Positions 1 to 11,678 of a stretch of DNA of 64,000 nucleotides are shown one piece after another (the stretch's first letter is position 1; each line of letters starts with the position of its first letter). The notes beneath the pieces were generated by a model that did no database searches, was not told the origin of the DNA, and worked only from the letters and a program-made list of their open reading frames with translations. This DNA is from an uncultured delta proteobacterium (GTDB lineage: Bacteria; Myxococcota_A; UBA9160; UBA4427), in contig CAWGJT010000010.1 in assembly GCA_963822965.1 (NCBI GenBank), positions 384,001 to 448,000 on the forward strand, given 5' to 3'. Position numbers and translations under genes: made by a program.

Positions 1-21
1 GCCGGTCGTCGGCCCGGCTTC

Positions 22-49
22 TCAAGGGTCCCGATTTCGGGACCGATAG
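22..49 (+). promoter_or_regulatory. sigma28/FliA-like promoter motif TCAAG-N15-ACCGATAG; spacer overlapped by inverted repeat GGTCCCGA-TT-TCGGGACC (27-44)
   Basis: Same motif recurs upstream of five other operons in this window; resembles the FliA consensus TAAA/TCAAG...GCCGATAA. Confidence 0.6.
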
Positions 50-56
50 GGGAGCC

Positions 57-1577
57 ATGGATCCCTCCCGCTCGCTTCCCTGGACCGAGTCCGCACCCCC
101 GGTCGGCGAGGACCGTTCGGCCCGCGACGTCGATCGGGGGACCGGGATGGTCCTCGTGGTGGACGACGAGCCGCTCCTGCTGCGCTCGCTGCGCCGGATC
201 CTCGAATCCGATGGGCAGCGCGTCGTGCTCGCCGGAGACCCCGAGGCGAGCCGAGACTCCTTCGCCGACCCCGACCTGGACGTGGTGCTGCTCGATCTCG
301 TCATGGGGCGCGACCAGCGGGCTCGACGTGCTGGAGCGGCTGAAGCAGGAGCATCCCGAGGTGGAGGTCATCGTGATGACCGGCCACGCCAGCATCCAGA
401 GCGCGGTCGGCTGCATCCGCCGCGGGGCCTTCGACTACCTGGCGAAGCCCTTCGACGACATGCATCGGGTGCGCACCACCGTGCGCAAGGCGCTGGAGCG
501 CCGCCGCCTGCTGCGCCGCAATCGCGAGCTGGAGGAGGAGCTGCGGGGCCGCGACGCCCTGGCCGGGCTGCTCGGGCTCGCCGATGGCCATGCGCTCGGT
601 ATCGCGCACGATCGCAGCCTGCTGCCACAACGAGAGCCACGTGCTGATCGCAGGGCGAGAGCGGTACCGGCAAGGAGCTGGTGGCCCGGGCCCTCCACGC
701 CACCAGCCCGCCGGGCCGCCGGCCCCTTCGTGCCGGTGGACTGCGGCGCGCTGCCCGAGACGCATCATCGAGAGCGAGCTGTTCGGCCACGAGAAGGGGG
801 CCTTCACGGACGCGGTGGGTGCCGCAGGGGCTCTTCCGGACGCGCCCACGGCGGCACGCTCTTCCTCGACGAGGTCGGGAGAGCTGCCGCTGGCCGTCCA
901 GGCGAAGCTGCTCCGCGCGCTCCAGCAGCGGGAGGTGCGGCCGGTCGGCGCCACCCAGGCGATCCCGGTGGACATCCGGATCGTGTGCGCGACGAACCGC
1001 GACCTCGAGGCGATGGTCGAGGCCGGAACCTTCCGGGCGGACCTCTACTACCGCCTGAACGTCGTGGTCCTGCGGATGCCGCCGCTGCGCGAGCGGGTCT
1101 CGGACATTCCGGTGCTCGTCCACCACTTCCTCGCCAAGCACGCGGTCCGGGCCGGCTCGCCGTCGAGGGCATCGACGAGGAGGCGCTGGAGCGAGCTCGC
1201 GGGCCGCGACTGGCCCGGCAACGTGCGCGAGCTGGAGAACATGCATCGAGTCGGCGCTGGCGCTCGCGCACGGGCCCGCGGCTCTGCGTGCGCGGACCTG
1301 CCGCCCGTGTCCCGGGATCGCCCCGCCGGACGTCCAGGGCGGACGGCGGCGGCGCCTGCCGCTCTCCCTCGAGGCCTACGAACGCTGCGCACTGGAGCGA
1401 GCGCTGCGGGAGGCCGACGGCGACGCGACGGCAGCGGCCCGTCGTCTCGGCATCGGTCGCAGCACCTTCTACCGCAAGCTGGCTCGCTTCGGAATCCGCG
1501 GCACCGCGGAGTCCGAGCCTCACCCGCCGCTGGTGCCGCCGCCTTGCGGGGTTGGAACGCCCCGGTCGATCCGCTAG
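57..1577 (+). CDS. sigma54-dependent (NtrC/AtoC-type) response regulator; multiple frameshifts, probably sequencing errors
   Basis: Receiver (VLVVDDEP, LLDLVM, AFDYLAKPF), AAA+ motifs ([44 protein letters not shown]) and Fis-type HTH (AARRLGIGRSTFYRKL) are spread over all three frames; stop TAG at 1575-1577. Confidence 0.85.
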
Positions 1578-1688
1578 GGTCCCGCGCGTCCCCCCCATGT
1601 GTGACGCGCGAGACTCGATGCGTCCGACGGGATCTCGCGACGAGACCCGGTTCCTTCGGCGCATCCCGACGCATGAGGAGCGCGGCGC

Positions 1689-3358
<1,670 letters not shown>

Positions 3359-3362
<4 letters not shown>

Positions 3363-3736
3363 CGGTGGCTGACGCGCGACCCGTGCGACTCCTGCTCGTC
3401 GACGACGAGGCCCAGATCCTGGCTGCACTCCGTCGGAGCCTGCGACGGGAGGGCTACGAGCTGGTGACGGCCCAGACTCCGCGCGAAGCGCTGGAGCGGC
3501 TGCAGGAGCAGGACTTCGACGCCATCCTCAGCGACCACAAGATGCCGGGGATGACCGGGCTCGAGCTGCTCGAGCGGGCGGCGCACCTGCAGCCGACCGC
3601 CGCGCGGCTCCTGATCACGGGCTGGTCCCGGGCGGTTTCCCGCGAGCAGATCGCCGCCGCCGAGATCCACGCCGTGCTGCCGAAGCCCTGGGAGGACGCC
3701 GAGCTCAAGGACGCCCTGCGCAAGGCGCTGGGCTGA
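3359..3736 (+). CDS. single-domain response regulator (receiver)
   Basis: LLLVDDE...ILSDHKMPGMTG...LPKPW; GTG start overlaps the kinase stop (GTGA); C-terminal part of track ORF 584..3736. Confidence 0.9.
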
Positions 3737-3776
3737 GAGGGCGGCCGGGCGAGGACTCCCGCGAGACCCGGCCCGG

Positions 3777-5072
3777 CTAGAAGGAGAGCTTGCGCAGGTA
3801 CTCGAGGTCGGTCTTCTGGGTGTTCTTGGCGCCCACGGCCAGGATCCGGAAGCGCCGCTTCGTCCCCTTCGTGTAGTAGATGCGCCCTTTGCCGGCGAAG
3901 CCGAGCTCGAAGACGACGTGGCTCGCCGGAAGTCCGCCCACCTTGCGGCGGATGGAGAGATTCTCGGTCTCCTCCGCCAGGCGCTTCATGGCCTCCTCGG
4001 CCTTCAGCTTCATCACCTCGTCCTTCAGGGCCACCACGTCGGACAGGGCGCGGCCGTCGATCTCGAGGCTCTTGTACAGGGTCTCGAAGCGACGCGCGAG
4101 CAGGTCGGCCTCCCGGCCGCGCCCGCTTCCCGCGGCGCCTCCGGAGCGCTTGAGGGTCTTCTCGAGGGTGCGGATCTCCTGGTCCTTGGACGCGAGGTCG
4201 CTGCCCGCCTCTTCGAGCAGGTCTTCCAGGGCCTGACGTTCCTGGTCGAGCTCCACCGCCCGGGCCGCCTTCAGCCGCAGCTCCTCCTCGCGCCGCGCGA
4301 GAGCGGAGACCTTGCCCTGCAGGTTCTCGCGTTCGCGTTGCAGCGCGCGGATCTCCTCGGTCTGCTCGCGCTCGGCCGGCTCCACCTCGAGCATCCGCCG
4401 GCGCACGGCCTCGAGTTCCTGCTCGATGGACTGGGCCCTCAGCACGGTGAGATCGCGGGCCGCCACGGCCTCGTTGAGGCGCCGGCTCTCGCCGCGACTC
4501 ACCGCGCGGTTGTAGAAGAAGAGGGTGCACAGCAGGACCGCCGCGTACGAGACGAGGATCGCGTTGGCGAGCAGCGCGTTGTGCGGCACCGAGACGATCA
4601 CCTCGTCGTTGGCCGGCAGCAGGCGCTCGGCCTCGCGGGCGATCTCCGCCGGGTCGAGGGACGAGCGCCGGGGGATGGTGCGACCGCCCGCGTAGATCCA
4701 GGTGCGCGCGTCGCTCGCGAGCACGATGACCGTCACCTTGACGCCGCCCCAACGGATCCAGCGCGACTGCATGACCTGCCGGTCGATGCGGTTCTGGATC
4801 TGCGTGGTCACGGGCATGCTCAGATCCGTGACGTGGACGGCCTGCTCGACGATCGAGTCGAAGTGTCGCTGGAGCAGCTGCTCGGCGCCCTTCACGCTGA
4901 ATACGTAGAGCACGATGAAGACGAAGATCGCCACATAGGTGACGCGGAACGCGTAGAGGCGGTCGAGCCCCGGGCCGAAGCTCCGGAAGCCCCAGCGGGC
5001 GGAGCGCTCCGGCTCGTCTCGAGGCTGGGTGGCGCCGTCTCGGGGCCCGTCGTCGTCGGAAGGGTTCTGCAT
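3777..5072 (-). CDS. membrane protein: two TM segments, long coiled coil, C-terminal RelE/ParE/HigB-like domain
   Basis: Hydrophobic stretches TYVAIFVFIVLYVFSV and LLANAILVSYAAVLLCTLFFY; E/R/L/Q heptad region; C-terminal VFELGFAGKGRIYY...RILAVGAKNTQKTDL resembles addiction-module killer (RelE-fold) motif. Confidence 0.7.
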   Translation of the reverse strand: MQNPSDDDGPRDGATQPRDEPERSARWGFRSFGPGLDRLYAFRVTYVAIFVFIVLYVFSVKGAEQLLQRHFDSIVEQAVHVTDLSMPVTTQIQNRIDRQVMQSRWIRWGGVKVTVIVLASDARTWIYAGGRTIPRRSSLDPAEIAREAERLLPANDEVIVSVPHNALLANAILVSYAAVLLCTLFFYNRAVSRGESRRLNEAVAARDLTVLRAQSIEQELEAVRRRMLEVEPAEREQTEEIRALQRERENLQGKVSALARREEELRLKAARAVELDQERQALEDLLEEAGSDLASKDQEIRTLEKTLKRSGGAAGSGRGREADLLARRFETLYKSLEIDGRALSDVVALKDEVMKLKAEEAMKRLAEETENLSIRRKVGGLPASHVVFELGFAGKGRIYYTKGTKRRFRILAVGAKNTQKTDLEYLRKLSF

Positions 5073-5146
5073 GCGCGTCGCCTAGAATACCCCAACGGGG
5101 TGCCGGGTCGGTCCGCGGCGCGGGCGAGCTGCTACCGTCGCGCGCC

Positions 5147-5995
5147 GTGAGAGTCGTGGATCTCGACCGGGACATGAGCGACGTCATTCCCACCGGCATG
5201 ACGCCGGACAGCGAGTACCTCTTCCAGCGCATGACGGACGTGACCCTCGATCGGGCGCTCCCCGGTCCGGGGCGTTGCATCCTCGACGTCGCGAGCGGGG
5301 TGGGCCAGGACTCCATCGCCCTGGCCGCCCGCGGCGCGCGGGTGGTGGGCGCCGAGCCGTCGCGCCGTATGACGCAGATGGCGCGTCTCTTCGCCGCCGA
5401 GCGGCTCCCGGCGGCGTCGGCCGAGAGCCGCGATCCGGGCGACCCCGCGCGCGGCGACGGGCGACGGATGGCGCTGGACTGGGTGCAGGGCTGGTCCGAC
5501 CGCCTTCCCTTCGCCACTGGGAGCTTCGACGCGGTCGTCTGCAAGGGCGCCATCGACCACTTCGATCAGCCCGAGCAGGCGATCGCCGAGATGGCCCGGG
5601 TGACGAAGCGCGACGGTCGCGTGGTGCTCGCCATCGCCAACTTCGAGTCGTTGGCGTGTCGGGTCGGTCGCGCCGTCGACGAGGTCCGCGAAGGGCTCGG
5701 CCTGACGCCGGTGCGCGAGCGCCGGGGCTACGACGCCCCCAGCGACCACTTCACGCGCTACGAGGTGGACCTGATGCGCGAGCAGGCGGCGCTCCACCTG
5801 GTGGTCGAGAGTGTCGAGGGAATCTCCGTCGGCTGGGGCATGCCCGGCTGGTCGAAGGCGACCGCGCGGCTGCCCCGATCGGTCGCCCACGCGGCCGTTC
5901 AGGCGCTGGACGGGGTGGCCCGGCTGGCGCCGGCGTGGGCGGACGTGATCGTCCTCGTGGGGCGCCCGCGTCGCTCCGCGAGCACGTCCCGATAG
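5147..5995 (+). CDS. class I SAM-dependent methyltransferase
   Basis: ILDVASGVG motif I, LPFATGSFDAV, EMARVTKRDG. Confidence 0.88.
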   Translation: MRVVDLDRDMSDVIPTGMTPDSEYLFQRMTDVTLDRALPGPGRCILDVASGVGQDSIALAARGARVVGAEPSRRMTQMARLFAAERLPAASAESRDPGDPARGDGRRMALDWVQGWSDRLPFATGSFDAVVCKGAIDHFDQPEQAIAEMARVTKRDGRVVLAIANFESLACRVGRAVDEVREGLGLTPVRERRGYDAPSDHFTRYEVDLMREQAALHLVVESVEGISVGWGMPGWSKATARLPRSVAHAAVQALDGVARLAPAWADVIVLVGRPRRSASTSR

Positions 5996-7239
5996 ACCCG
6001 CACGGTCGACTCCGCCACGTGACGCCAGGAGAACGCAGCCTCGACCCGCGCCCGGGCCCGCGCACCCAGGGCCGCGCGGCGTTCCGGGTCGTCCAGCAGC
6101 TCGCGGATGCCGCGAGCGAGCGCGTCGGGATCGTCGCGGGGGACGAGCTTTCCGCCCCCCGCCACCCGCATCACCTCCGGAAGGGCGCCCGCCTGGCACG
6201 CCACCACCGGCGTGCCGCAGGCCATCGCCTCGACGGCGGGCAGCCCGAAGCCTTCGAAGCGCGAGGGCACCACCACCAGCGTGGCGCGACGGTAGAGCTG
6301 CAGGAGCTGGTCGCGCGAGACGCGTCCCACCACGGCGAGTCGCTTGCCCACCCCCGCCGCTCGCGCCCACTTGAAGATCTCGTTGTCCGGGTGGTCGTTG
6401 TCGACGAGCGTGAGGGTCACGTGCTCGGGCAGACGCGCGAGGGCGTGGACGAGGGTGCGGATCCCCTTGTTCGGGTCCACGGCCCGACCGACGCACACGA
6501 GCTCCGCTTCGCTGCGCGCGACGCCGCGGTTCGGGCAGTAGTAGTCCGTGTCGAGACCGTTGCTGACGTTCACCACGCGCTCCCCCGACACGCCGAAGTC
6601 CTCGACGATCTGGCGGGCGCTCGTCTCGGAGGAAGTGAGGATGCGGTCGATCCGTCGGGCGACGAAGCGCTGCATGCCGATGGGATAGAACTTGGCGGTG
6701 CCGACCGCCTGACGCAGGTTCTCGTCGCGCACGAACGAAGCGCGACGGTCCACCGTGAGCGGGTGGTGCACCGTGGTGACCACCGGCAGCCCCAGGGCGC
6801 GCACGCCCAGCAGTCCGTAGCCCAGACACTGCACGTCGTGTACGAGATCCCAGCGCGCCCCGCCGCGAATCGCCCCGGCGAGGGCGCCGAAGGCCCGGAC
6901 GCTGAATGCGAAGGGCTCCGGCAGGAAGCCGAGGCGGCTGGCGGCGAGCTCGTAGAAGTTCAGCGGCGAGAACACCTCGGTCGGGTGCTCCTCGCCGAGC
7001 ATGGCGGCGTAGTCCCGGGTGAACCACTTGGCCCACATCTCGCGGTTCGGGATGGGGTGCACGGCCTCGGCCCAGGGCATGGGGTCGGGATGGGGAGGGC
7101 CGACGAAGACCTCCACCCGGTGCCCCAGGCGGGTCAGCTCGCGCGCCAGGAACCAGAGATAGATGCCCTGCCCGCCGCACTGCATGTTGCCGCGGTAGGC
7201 GACGAAGGCGATGCGGAGGGGCTCGCCCGGCGGCGTCAC
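5899..7239 (-). CDS. glycosyltransferase family 4 (GT-B)
   Basis: IAFVAYRGNMQCGGQGIY N-terminus; PSRFEGFGLPAVEAMACG EX7E motif. Confidence 0.92.
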   Translation of the reverse strand: MTPPGEPLRIAFVAYRGNMQCGGQGIYLWFLARELTRLGHRVEVFVGPPHPDPMPWAEAVHPIPNREMWAKWFTRDYAAMLGEEHPTEVFSPLNFYELAASRLGFLPEPFAFSVRAFGALAGAIRGGARWDLVHDVQCLGYGLLGVRALGLPVVTTVHHPLTVDRRASFVRDENLRQAVGTAKFYPIGMQRFVARRIDRILTSSETSARQIVEDFGVSGERVVNVSNGLDTDYYCPNRGVARSEAELVCVGRAVDPNKGIRTLVHALARLPEHVTLTLVDNDHPDNEIFKWARAAGVGKRLAVVGRVSRDQLLQLYRRATLVVVPSRFEGFGLPAVEAMACGTPVVACQAGALPEVMRVAGGGKLVPRDDPDALARGIRELLDDPERRAALGARARARVEAAFSWRHVAESTVRVYRDVLAERRGRPTRTITSAHAGASRATPSSA

Positions 7240-7242
7240 GGC

Positions 7243-7992
7243 TCAGCCCGTCGCAGCGAGGGGAGGCTCGCTGTCGCTCGCGCGGACGCGCTCGGCGGGC
7301 TTCTCCGCGTACAGGATCAGGCTCTTGGGGCAGACGTAGTTGAGCGCCTTCTCCACGCGATCCAGCAGCTTCGAGGCGGTCGCGCGGATGAGGAAGGTCC
7401 GGTAGGCGCGCACCATCGCGCTCTCGTCCGCGTCGGGCAGGTTCATCACCGAGCGCAGCACCCAGTAGGGGGTGTGGAAGCCGTGGGCGAAGCCGACGCC
7501 GGTGGTGGAGAGGCCCGCGTCGGCCAGGCCGAGGGCCAGGTCCCGGGGGCGGAAGATGCGGATGTGGCCGCCCGGGCTCTCGAAGTACTCGTCGCCCAGG
7601 CGCAGGTAGAGGTTCTCGCTGGTGGCCGTCGGAATCGTCACCGCCACCCGTCCCCCGGGCCGGGTGACGCGTGCCAGCTCCCGGGCCGCGCCGCGGTAGT
7701 CGTGCACGTGCTCCATCACCTCCGAGCAGATCACCCGGTCGAAGGTCGCGTCCGCGAAGGGCAGGTGGAACGCGTCCCCCTGGACCATCTCGCCGGTGCG
7801 CCCGAGCTCGCGCGCCCGTCCGCGCAGGCGCTTGCTGGCGTCTCGAAGGGAGCCGAAGTCGAGATCGAGCCCCACGACGTGGGCGCCCCGCTCGAGGCAG
7901 CCGAAGCAGTGACGTCCCTCGCCGCAGCCCGCGTCGAGCACCCAGTGCCCGGCGCGGACGTCAAGCTGCGCGAGATCGACCGTGAGCAGCAC
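7243..7992 (-). CDS. class I SAM-dependent methyltransferase
   Basis: VLDAGCGEGRH, LPFADATFDRVICSEVMEH; GTG start at 7992 inferred (VLLTVD...). Confidence 0.9.
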   Translation of the reverse strand: MLLTVDLAQLDVRAGHWVLDAGCGEGRHCFGCLERGAHVVGLDLDFGSLRDASKRLRGRARELGRTGEMVQGDAFHLPFADATFDRVICSEVMEHVHDYRGAARELARVTRPGGRVAVTIPTATSENLYLRLGDEYFESPGGHIRIFRPRDLALGLADAGLSTTGVGFAHGFHTPYWVLRSVMNLPDADESAMVRAYRTFLIRATASKLLDRVEKALNYVCPKSLILYAEKPAERVRASDSEPPLAATG

Positions 7993-9220
7993 GCAGGGTC
8001 TCCTCGAAGACGTGCACGAGGTTGGCGGCCGCGTCGCTCCACTGGAAGGTGTGCTCGACGCGGGCACGGGCGTCGCGCCCCATCTGCTCGGTACGCGCGG
8101 GATCCGAGAGCACGTCCGCCATGGCGTCGGCCATGGCCCGGGCGTTGCGCGGCGGTACGAGCCGGCCCGCGCGGCCGTCGGTGCCCACCACCTCGGGCAG
8201 GGCGCCGGCCGCGTTCGCGACGACCGCGAGACCGCACGCCATGGCCTCGCTCGCCGGGAATCCGAAGCCCTCGAAGAACGAGGGAACGATGGCCACCCGC
8301 GCCGTCGAGTACTCGCGCACCAGCTGCTCCACGGTGAGCATGCGGTCGCGGATGATCACGCGCTTCTCGAGCCCGTAGCGGCGGATGAGGCTCGGCACGA
8401 GCCCGTCGCGGGGGATGCGACCGTCGACGATCTTCAGGGTCACGTGCTCGGGCAGCAGGGAGAGCGCCTCGAGCATCGTGCCGATGCCCTTCTTGCGGTC
8501 CTCGGTGCGCCCGACGAAGAGCATGTCGGCTTCCTTCGGAACGTCGGGGATCGGCCGGAAGATCTCCGTGTCCGTGCCGTTGTACACCACGGCCACTTCC
8601 TTCTGGGGAATGCCGAAGTAGCGCTCGATCTCGACCCGCGAGGCCTGGGAGACGGTCACGATCCGGTCGAGGCGTCGCGCGACCTGCTGCTGCATGAAGA
8701 GCGGGAAGTACAGCGTGCGCTTCACCTTCTTCACGAGACGCGGGTCGATGGCGAAGTCCGCCTCACGGTCGATGTGCAGCGGATGGTGAATGACCGACAC
8801 CACCGGCACGCCGAGCGCCCGCAGCCCCAGGAGTCCCCAGCTGAGGCACTGGTTGTCGAAGACGACGTCGAAGCGATGGCGCTGCTGGATCTGCTTCCAG
8901 CGCGCCAGAAGGCGGAAGCCGAAGGTCTGCATCTCGGGAAAGACGCCGAATCGGGACACGCCGAGCTCCCACAGCGACAAGGGCTTCAGCAGGGAGAAGG
9001 GCGCCTTCGGGTCGTAGAAGTCGGGGTACTTCTGCCCGAACACGTTGTCGTTCGGGATCACGTGCAGCGGGATGCCGTCCTCGAGCTCGGGGAGCGGCGG
9101 GCCGGCGAAGACGTGCACGTCGTGTCCGGCCCGCTTCCACTCCCGCGCGAGGTAGGCGGCGTAGATTCCCTGGCCCCCGCAGAACATGTTGCCGCGGTAC
9201 GTGAGGAGGGCGATCCGCAT
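7961..9220 (-). CDS. glycosyltransferase family 4 (paralog of 5899..7239)
   Basis: MRIALLTYRGNMFCGGQGIY; PSFFEGFGFPASEAMACG. Confidence 0.92.
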   Translation of the reverse strand: MRIALLTYRGNMFCGGQGIYAAYLAREWKRAGHDVHVFAGPPLPELEDGIPLHVIPNDNVFGQKYPDFYDPKAPFSLLKPLSLWELGVSRFGVFPEMQTFGFRLLARWKQIQQRHRFDVVFDNQCLSWGLLGLRALGVPVVSVIHHPLHIDREADFAIDPRLVKKVKRTLYFPLFMQQQVARRLDRIVTVSQASRVEIERYFGIPQKEVAVVYNGTDTEIFRPIPDVPKEADMLFVGRTEDRKKGIGTMLEALSLLPEHVTLKIVDGRIPRDGLVPSLIRRYGLEKRVIIRDRMLTVEQLVREYSTARVAIVPSFFEGFGFPASEAMACGLAVVANAAGALPEVVGTDGRAGRLVPPRNARAMADAMADVLSDPARTEQMGRDARARVEHTFQWSDAAANLVHVFEETLRAAHGRSRAA

Positions 9221-9223
9221 GGC

Positions 9224-9469
9224 TCAGCTGCCGGAGGCTTCCCGCACGGGCTCGGGCTCCTCCGCCGCGGGCGGCTCCGCCTCCACCTGGACCGTGGCGA
9301 TGGTATGGCCCACCCAGGCCACCAGGCCCAGCACGAAGAAGACCAGCACGGCGACGGGGACCGCGAGCGCCCAGTAGCTGCCGTTCAGGATGCCCGCGAG
9401 GAAGAGCAGACCGAGGAAGAGGGCACCGCCCATGATGGCCCAGCCCTGGTTGCGAGACGTTTCGTTCAT
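9224..9469 (-). CDS. small membrane protein, first gene of the GT4/MT operon
   Basis: Two hydrophobic helices; GGAG upstream of ATG; 3 bp from the GT4 start. Confidence 0.75.
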   Translation of the reverse strand: MNETSRNQGWAIMGGALFLGLLFLAGILNGSYWALAVPVAVLVFFVLGLVAWVGHTIATVQVEAEPPAAEEPEPVREASGS

Positions 9470-9528
9470 TTCGGGGTTCTCCGTGGGCGGATGCGGTGCA
9501 CGGCGGGCGCGGGGCGCTGCGGCGGCCG

Positions 9529-9557
9529 AGTATTCGGGTCGCTTACCCTCCTGTCAA
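9529..9557 (-). promoter_or_regulatory. putative sigma70 promoter TTGACA-N17-AATACT for the GT4/MT operon
   Basis: Perfect -35, 17-nt spacer, 4/6 -10, about 60 nt upstream of ATG 9469. Confidence 0.55.
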
Positions 9558-9648
9558 CTGCGGCGGATTCGCGAGAAAGTACGGGCTTCCTCGCATACAC
9601 TGGCCGCCGTTCCGCCAGGTGGGGCGGGGTGAGCAGGGGGGCTCTCGC

Positions 9649-10803
9649 GTGCGGGTGATCGGTCTCATGAGCGGCACGTCCGCGGATGGCGTCGACGCGG
9701 CGCTCGTCGAGTGGCCCGACGGTCCCGCCGCGCAGCCCTTCCGGCTGCTGGCGTTCCAGGAGGTGCCCTTCGAGCGTCCGCTGCAGGAGCGCATCCATCG
9801 CCTGGCGGCGGGTCGGGTCCCGGGCGGGGAGGCACTGCGAGAGCTCGCCGCCCTCGACGTGGTGCTCGGCGAGCGATTCGCGGCGGCGGCGGCGGCGGTC
9901 GCGGACGAGGCGGGCATCGCGCTCGACGCCGTGCGGGCCGTGGCCTCCCACGGACAGACGGTCGCCCACCATCCCGAGCTCGGCGCGTCGCTCCAGATCG
10001 GCGATCCGTCCCTGATCGCGGAGCGCACCGGCTGTACCGTGGTGGCGGACTTCCGGCCGCGCGACCTGGCGGCGGGAGGCGAGGGCGCCCCCCTCGCGCC
10101 CTTCTTCCACCAGGCGGCCCTGTCCCATGCGGCCGAGAACCGGGTAGCCCTCAACCTGGGTGGCATCGCGAACCTGACCTGGCTGCCCGCGGGCGACCCG
10201 GAAGGCGTCATCGCCTTCGACGTGGGCCCCGCCAACGCGCTGGTGGACGGCGTGGTACGAGCCGCCACGGGGGGCGAAGAGCGCATGGACCTCGACGGAC
10301 GCCGGGCGCTGCGCGGACGAGCCGATCCGGCGTTGCTCGCAAGGCTGCTCGACGACGACTTCCTCGAGCGCCCGCCGCCCAAGTCCACCGGTCGGGAGCG
10401 CTACGGCAGCGCCGAGGCCGAGGCCCTGGCCGACGAGTGGAAACGTGCGCGCCGGGACGTCGACGACCTGGTCGCCACCCTGGTCGCCTTCACCGCCGAG
10501 GCCGTCGCCCGCGCGTGTCGCGAGCTGCTCCCGGGCTCGCCCCGGATCGACCGGGTCCTGGTGGGCGGCGGCGGCGCGCGCAACCCCGCCGTGCTGGCGC
10601 GGCTGGTGCGCGCCCTGCCCGGAGCCGCGGTCCAGCCCTTCGACGCCGCCGGCGTGCCCGCAGGCGCCGCCGAGGCGATGGCCTTCTCGCTGATGGGTCG
10701 CAACGCCCTGCTCGGGATTCCGAACCATCTGCCGCGCTGCAGCGGCGCGAACCGGGCGGCGGTGCTCGGCGAGATCGTGCCGGGCCGTTCGGGGCGCGTC
10801 TAG
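9649..10803 (+). CDS. anmK: anhydro-N-acetylmuramic acid kinase
   Basis: IGLMSGTSADGVDAA, ASHGQTVAH, DFRPRDLAAGGEGAPL, LNLGGIAN, FDVGPAN, PPKSTGRE. Confidence 0.95.
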   Translation: MRVIGLMSGTSADGVDAALVEWPDGPAAQPFRLLAFQEVPFERPLQERIHRLAAGRVPGGEALRELAALDVVLGERFAAAAAAVADEAGIALDAVRAVASHGQTVAHHPELGASLQIGDPSLIAERTGCTVVADFRPRDLAAGGEGAPLAPFFHQAALSHAAENRVALNLGGIANLTWLPAGDPEGVIAFDVGPANALVDGVVRAATGGEERMDLDGRRALRGRADPALLARLLDDDFLERPPPKSTGRERYGSAEAEALADEWKRARRDVDDLVATLVAFTAEAVARACRELLPGSPRIDRVLVGGGGARNPAVLARLVRALPGAAVQPFDAAGVPAGAAEAMAFSLMGRNALLGIPNHLPRCSGANRAAVLGEIVPGRSGRV

Positions 10804-10845
10804 CCAGCGGGCCGGGGACCGCGCGTCTCCAACGAGTGACGGCGT

Positions 10846-11583
10846 TCAGAGCTTGACGACCAGACCGTCGTCGGCGGTCTCGATCGAGCATCGCCCGCGC
10901 ATCTCGACCATCTCCTCGCCCAGGTGGGTGAGCAGCAGGCGACCGCAGTCGAAGTCGCCCTCGTGCGCCTCGACGGTGGCCAGGTTCAGGTGGAAGTCGA
11001 GCGTCTCGCGGTGCAGGGTGCACTCGCAGATGAACAGGTCCGCGCCCGCGGAGAGGCGCGGCAGCTCGGGGAACCAGCCCGTGTCCCCGGAATACGCGAT
11101 CGTCCGGTCGCCCATGTCGACGCGATAGCCCTGGGGATGGGCTTCGATCTGGTGCTTCGTCTCGAAGGCGCGGATCTGCGCGGGGCCGATCGAGCCGGTC
11201 TCGCCTGCGACGATCTCCGTGAAGTGGATCGGGAAGGTCCAGTCGCGGTCTTCGATGGCGTGTCCCATGGCGCGGGCCAGGGCGCGAACGCGCGCCTCCA
11301 CGTCGACGGGGCCCGCGATGTGGAGGGGATGGCGCCGTTCGTCCTGGTAGAGTGCCGCCAGCAGCAGCAGCGGGATGCCGCCGAAGTGGTCGCCGTGGAA
11401 GTGGGAGACGAGGATCGCGTCGATCTCGTTGCGATCGACGCCGAGCGCGCCGAGGCCCGTGCCGGTGGTGGCGCCGCAGTCGAGCAGCAGGGTGCCGCGG
11501 GACCCGCGCACGAGCACGGCCGACTGCCGGCGCCCGCCGGCGCCGAAGGCGTCGCTCGTTCCGATGAAGAGCACCTCGCTCAC
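10846..11583 (-). CDS. MBL-fold metallo-hydrolase (RNase Z/BN-like)
   Basis: FIGTSDAFGAGGR, LLLDCG, SHFHGDH (HxHxDH), YSGDT, LLTH. Confidence 0.88.
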   Translation of the reverse strand: MSEVLFIGTSDAFGAGGRRQSAVLVRGSRGTLLLDCGATTGTGLGALGVDRNEIDAILVSHFHGDHFGGIPLLLLAALYQDERRHPLHIAGPVDVEARVRALARAMGHAIEDRDWTFPIHFTEIVAGETGSIGPAQIRAFETKHQIEAHPQGYRVDMGDRTIAYSGDTGWFPELPRLSAGADLFICECTLHRETLDFHLNLATVEAHEGDFDCGRLLLTHLGEEMVEMRGRCSIETADDGLVVKL

Positions 11584-11678
11584 TCGCGTTCCCGCCTCCC
11601 CGTCCCGGCCCGCGCCTCGAGCCGTCGAGGTTACCGCGCCGGGTCCCCGCTGCCGGGCGCCGTCGATCGTCCCACCGG

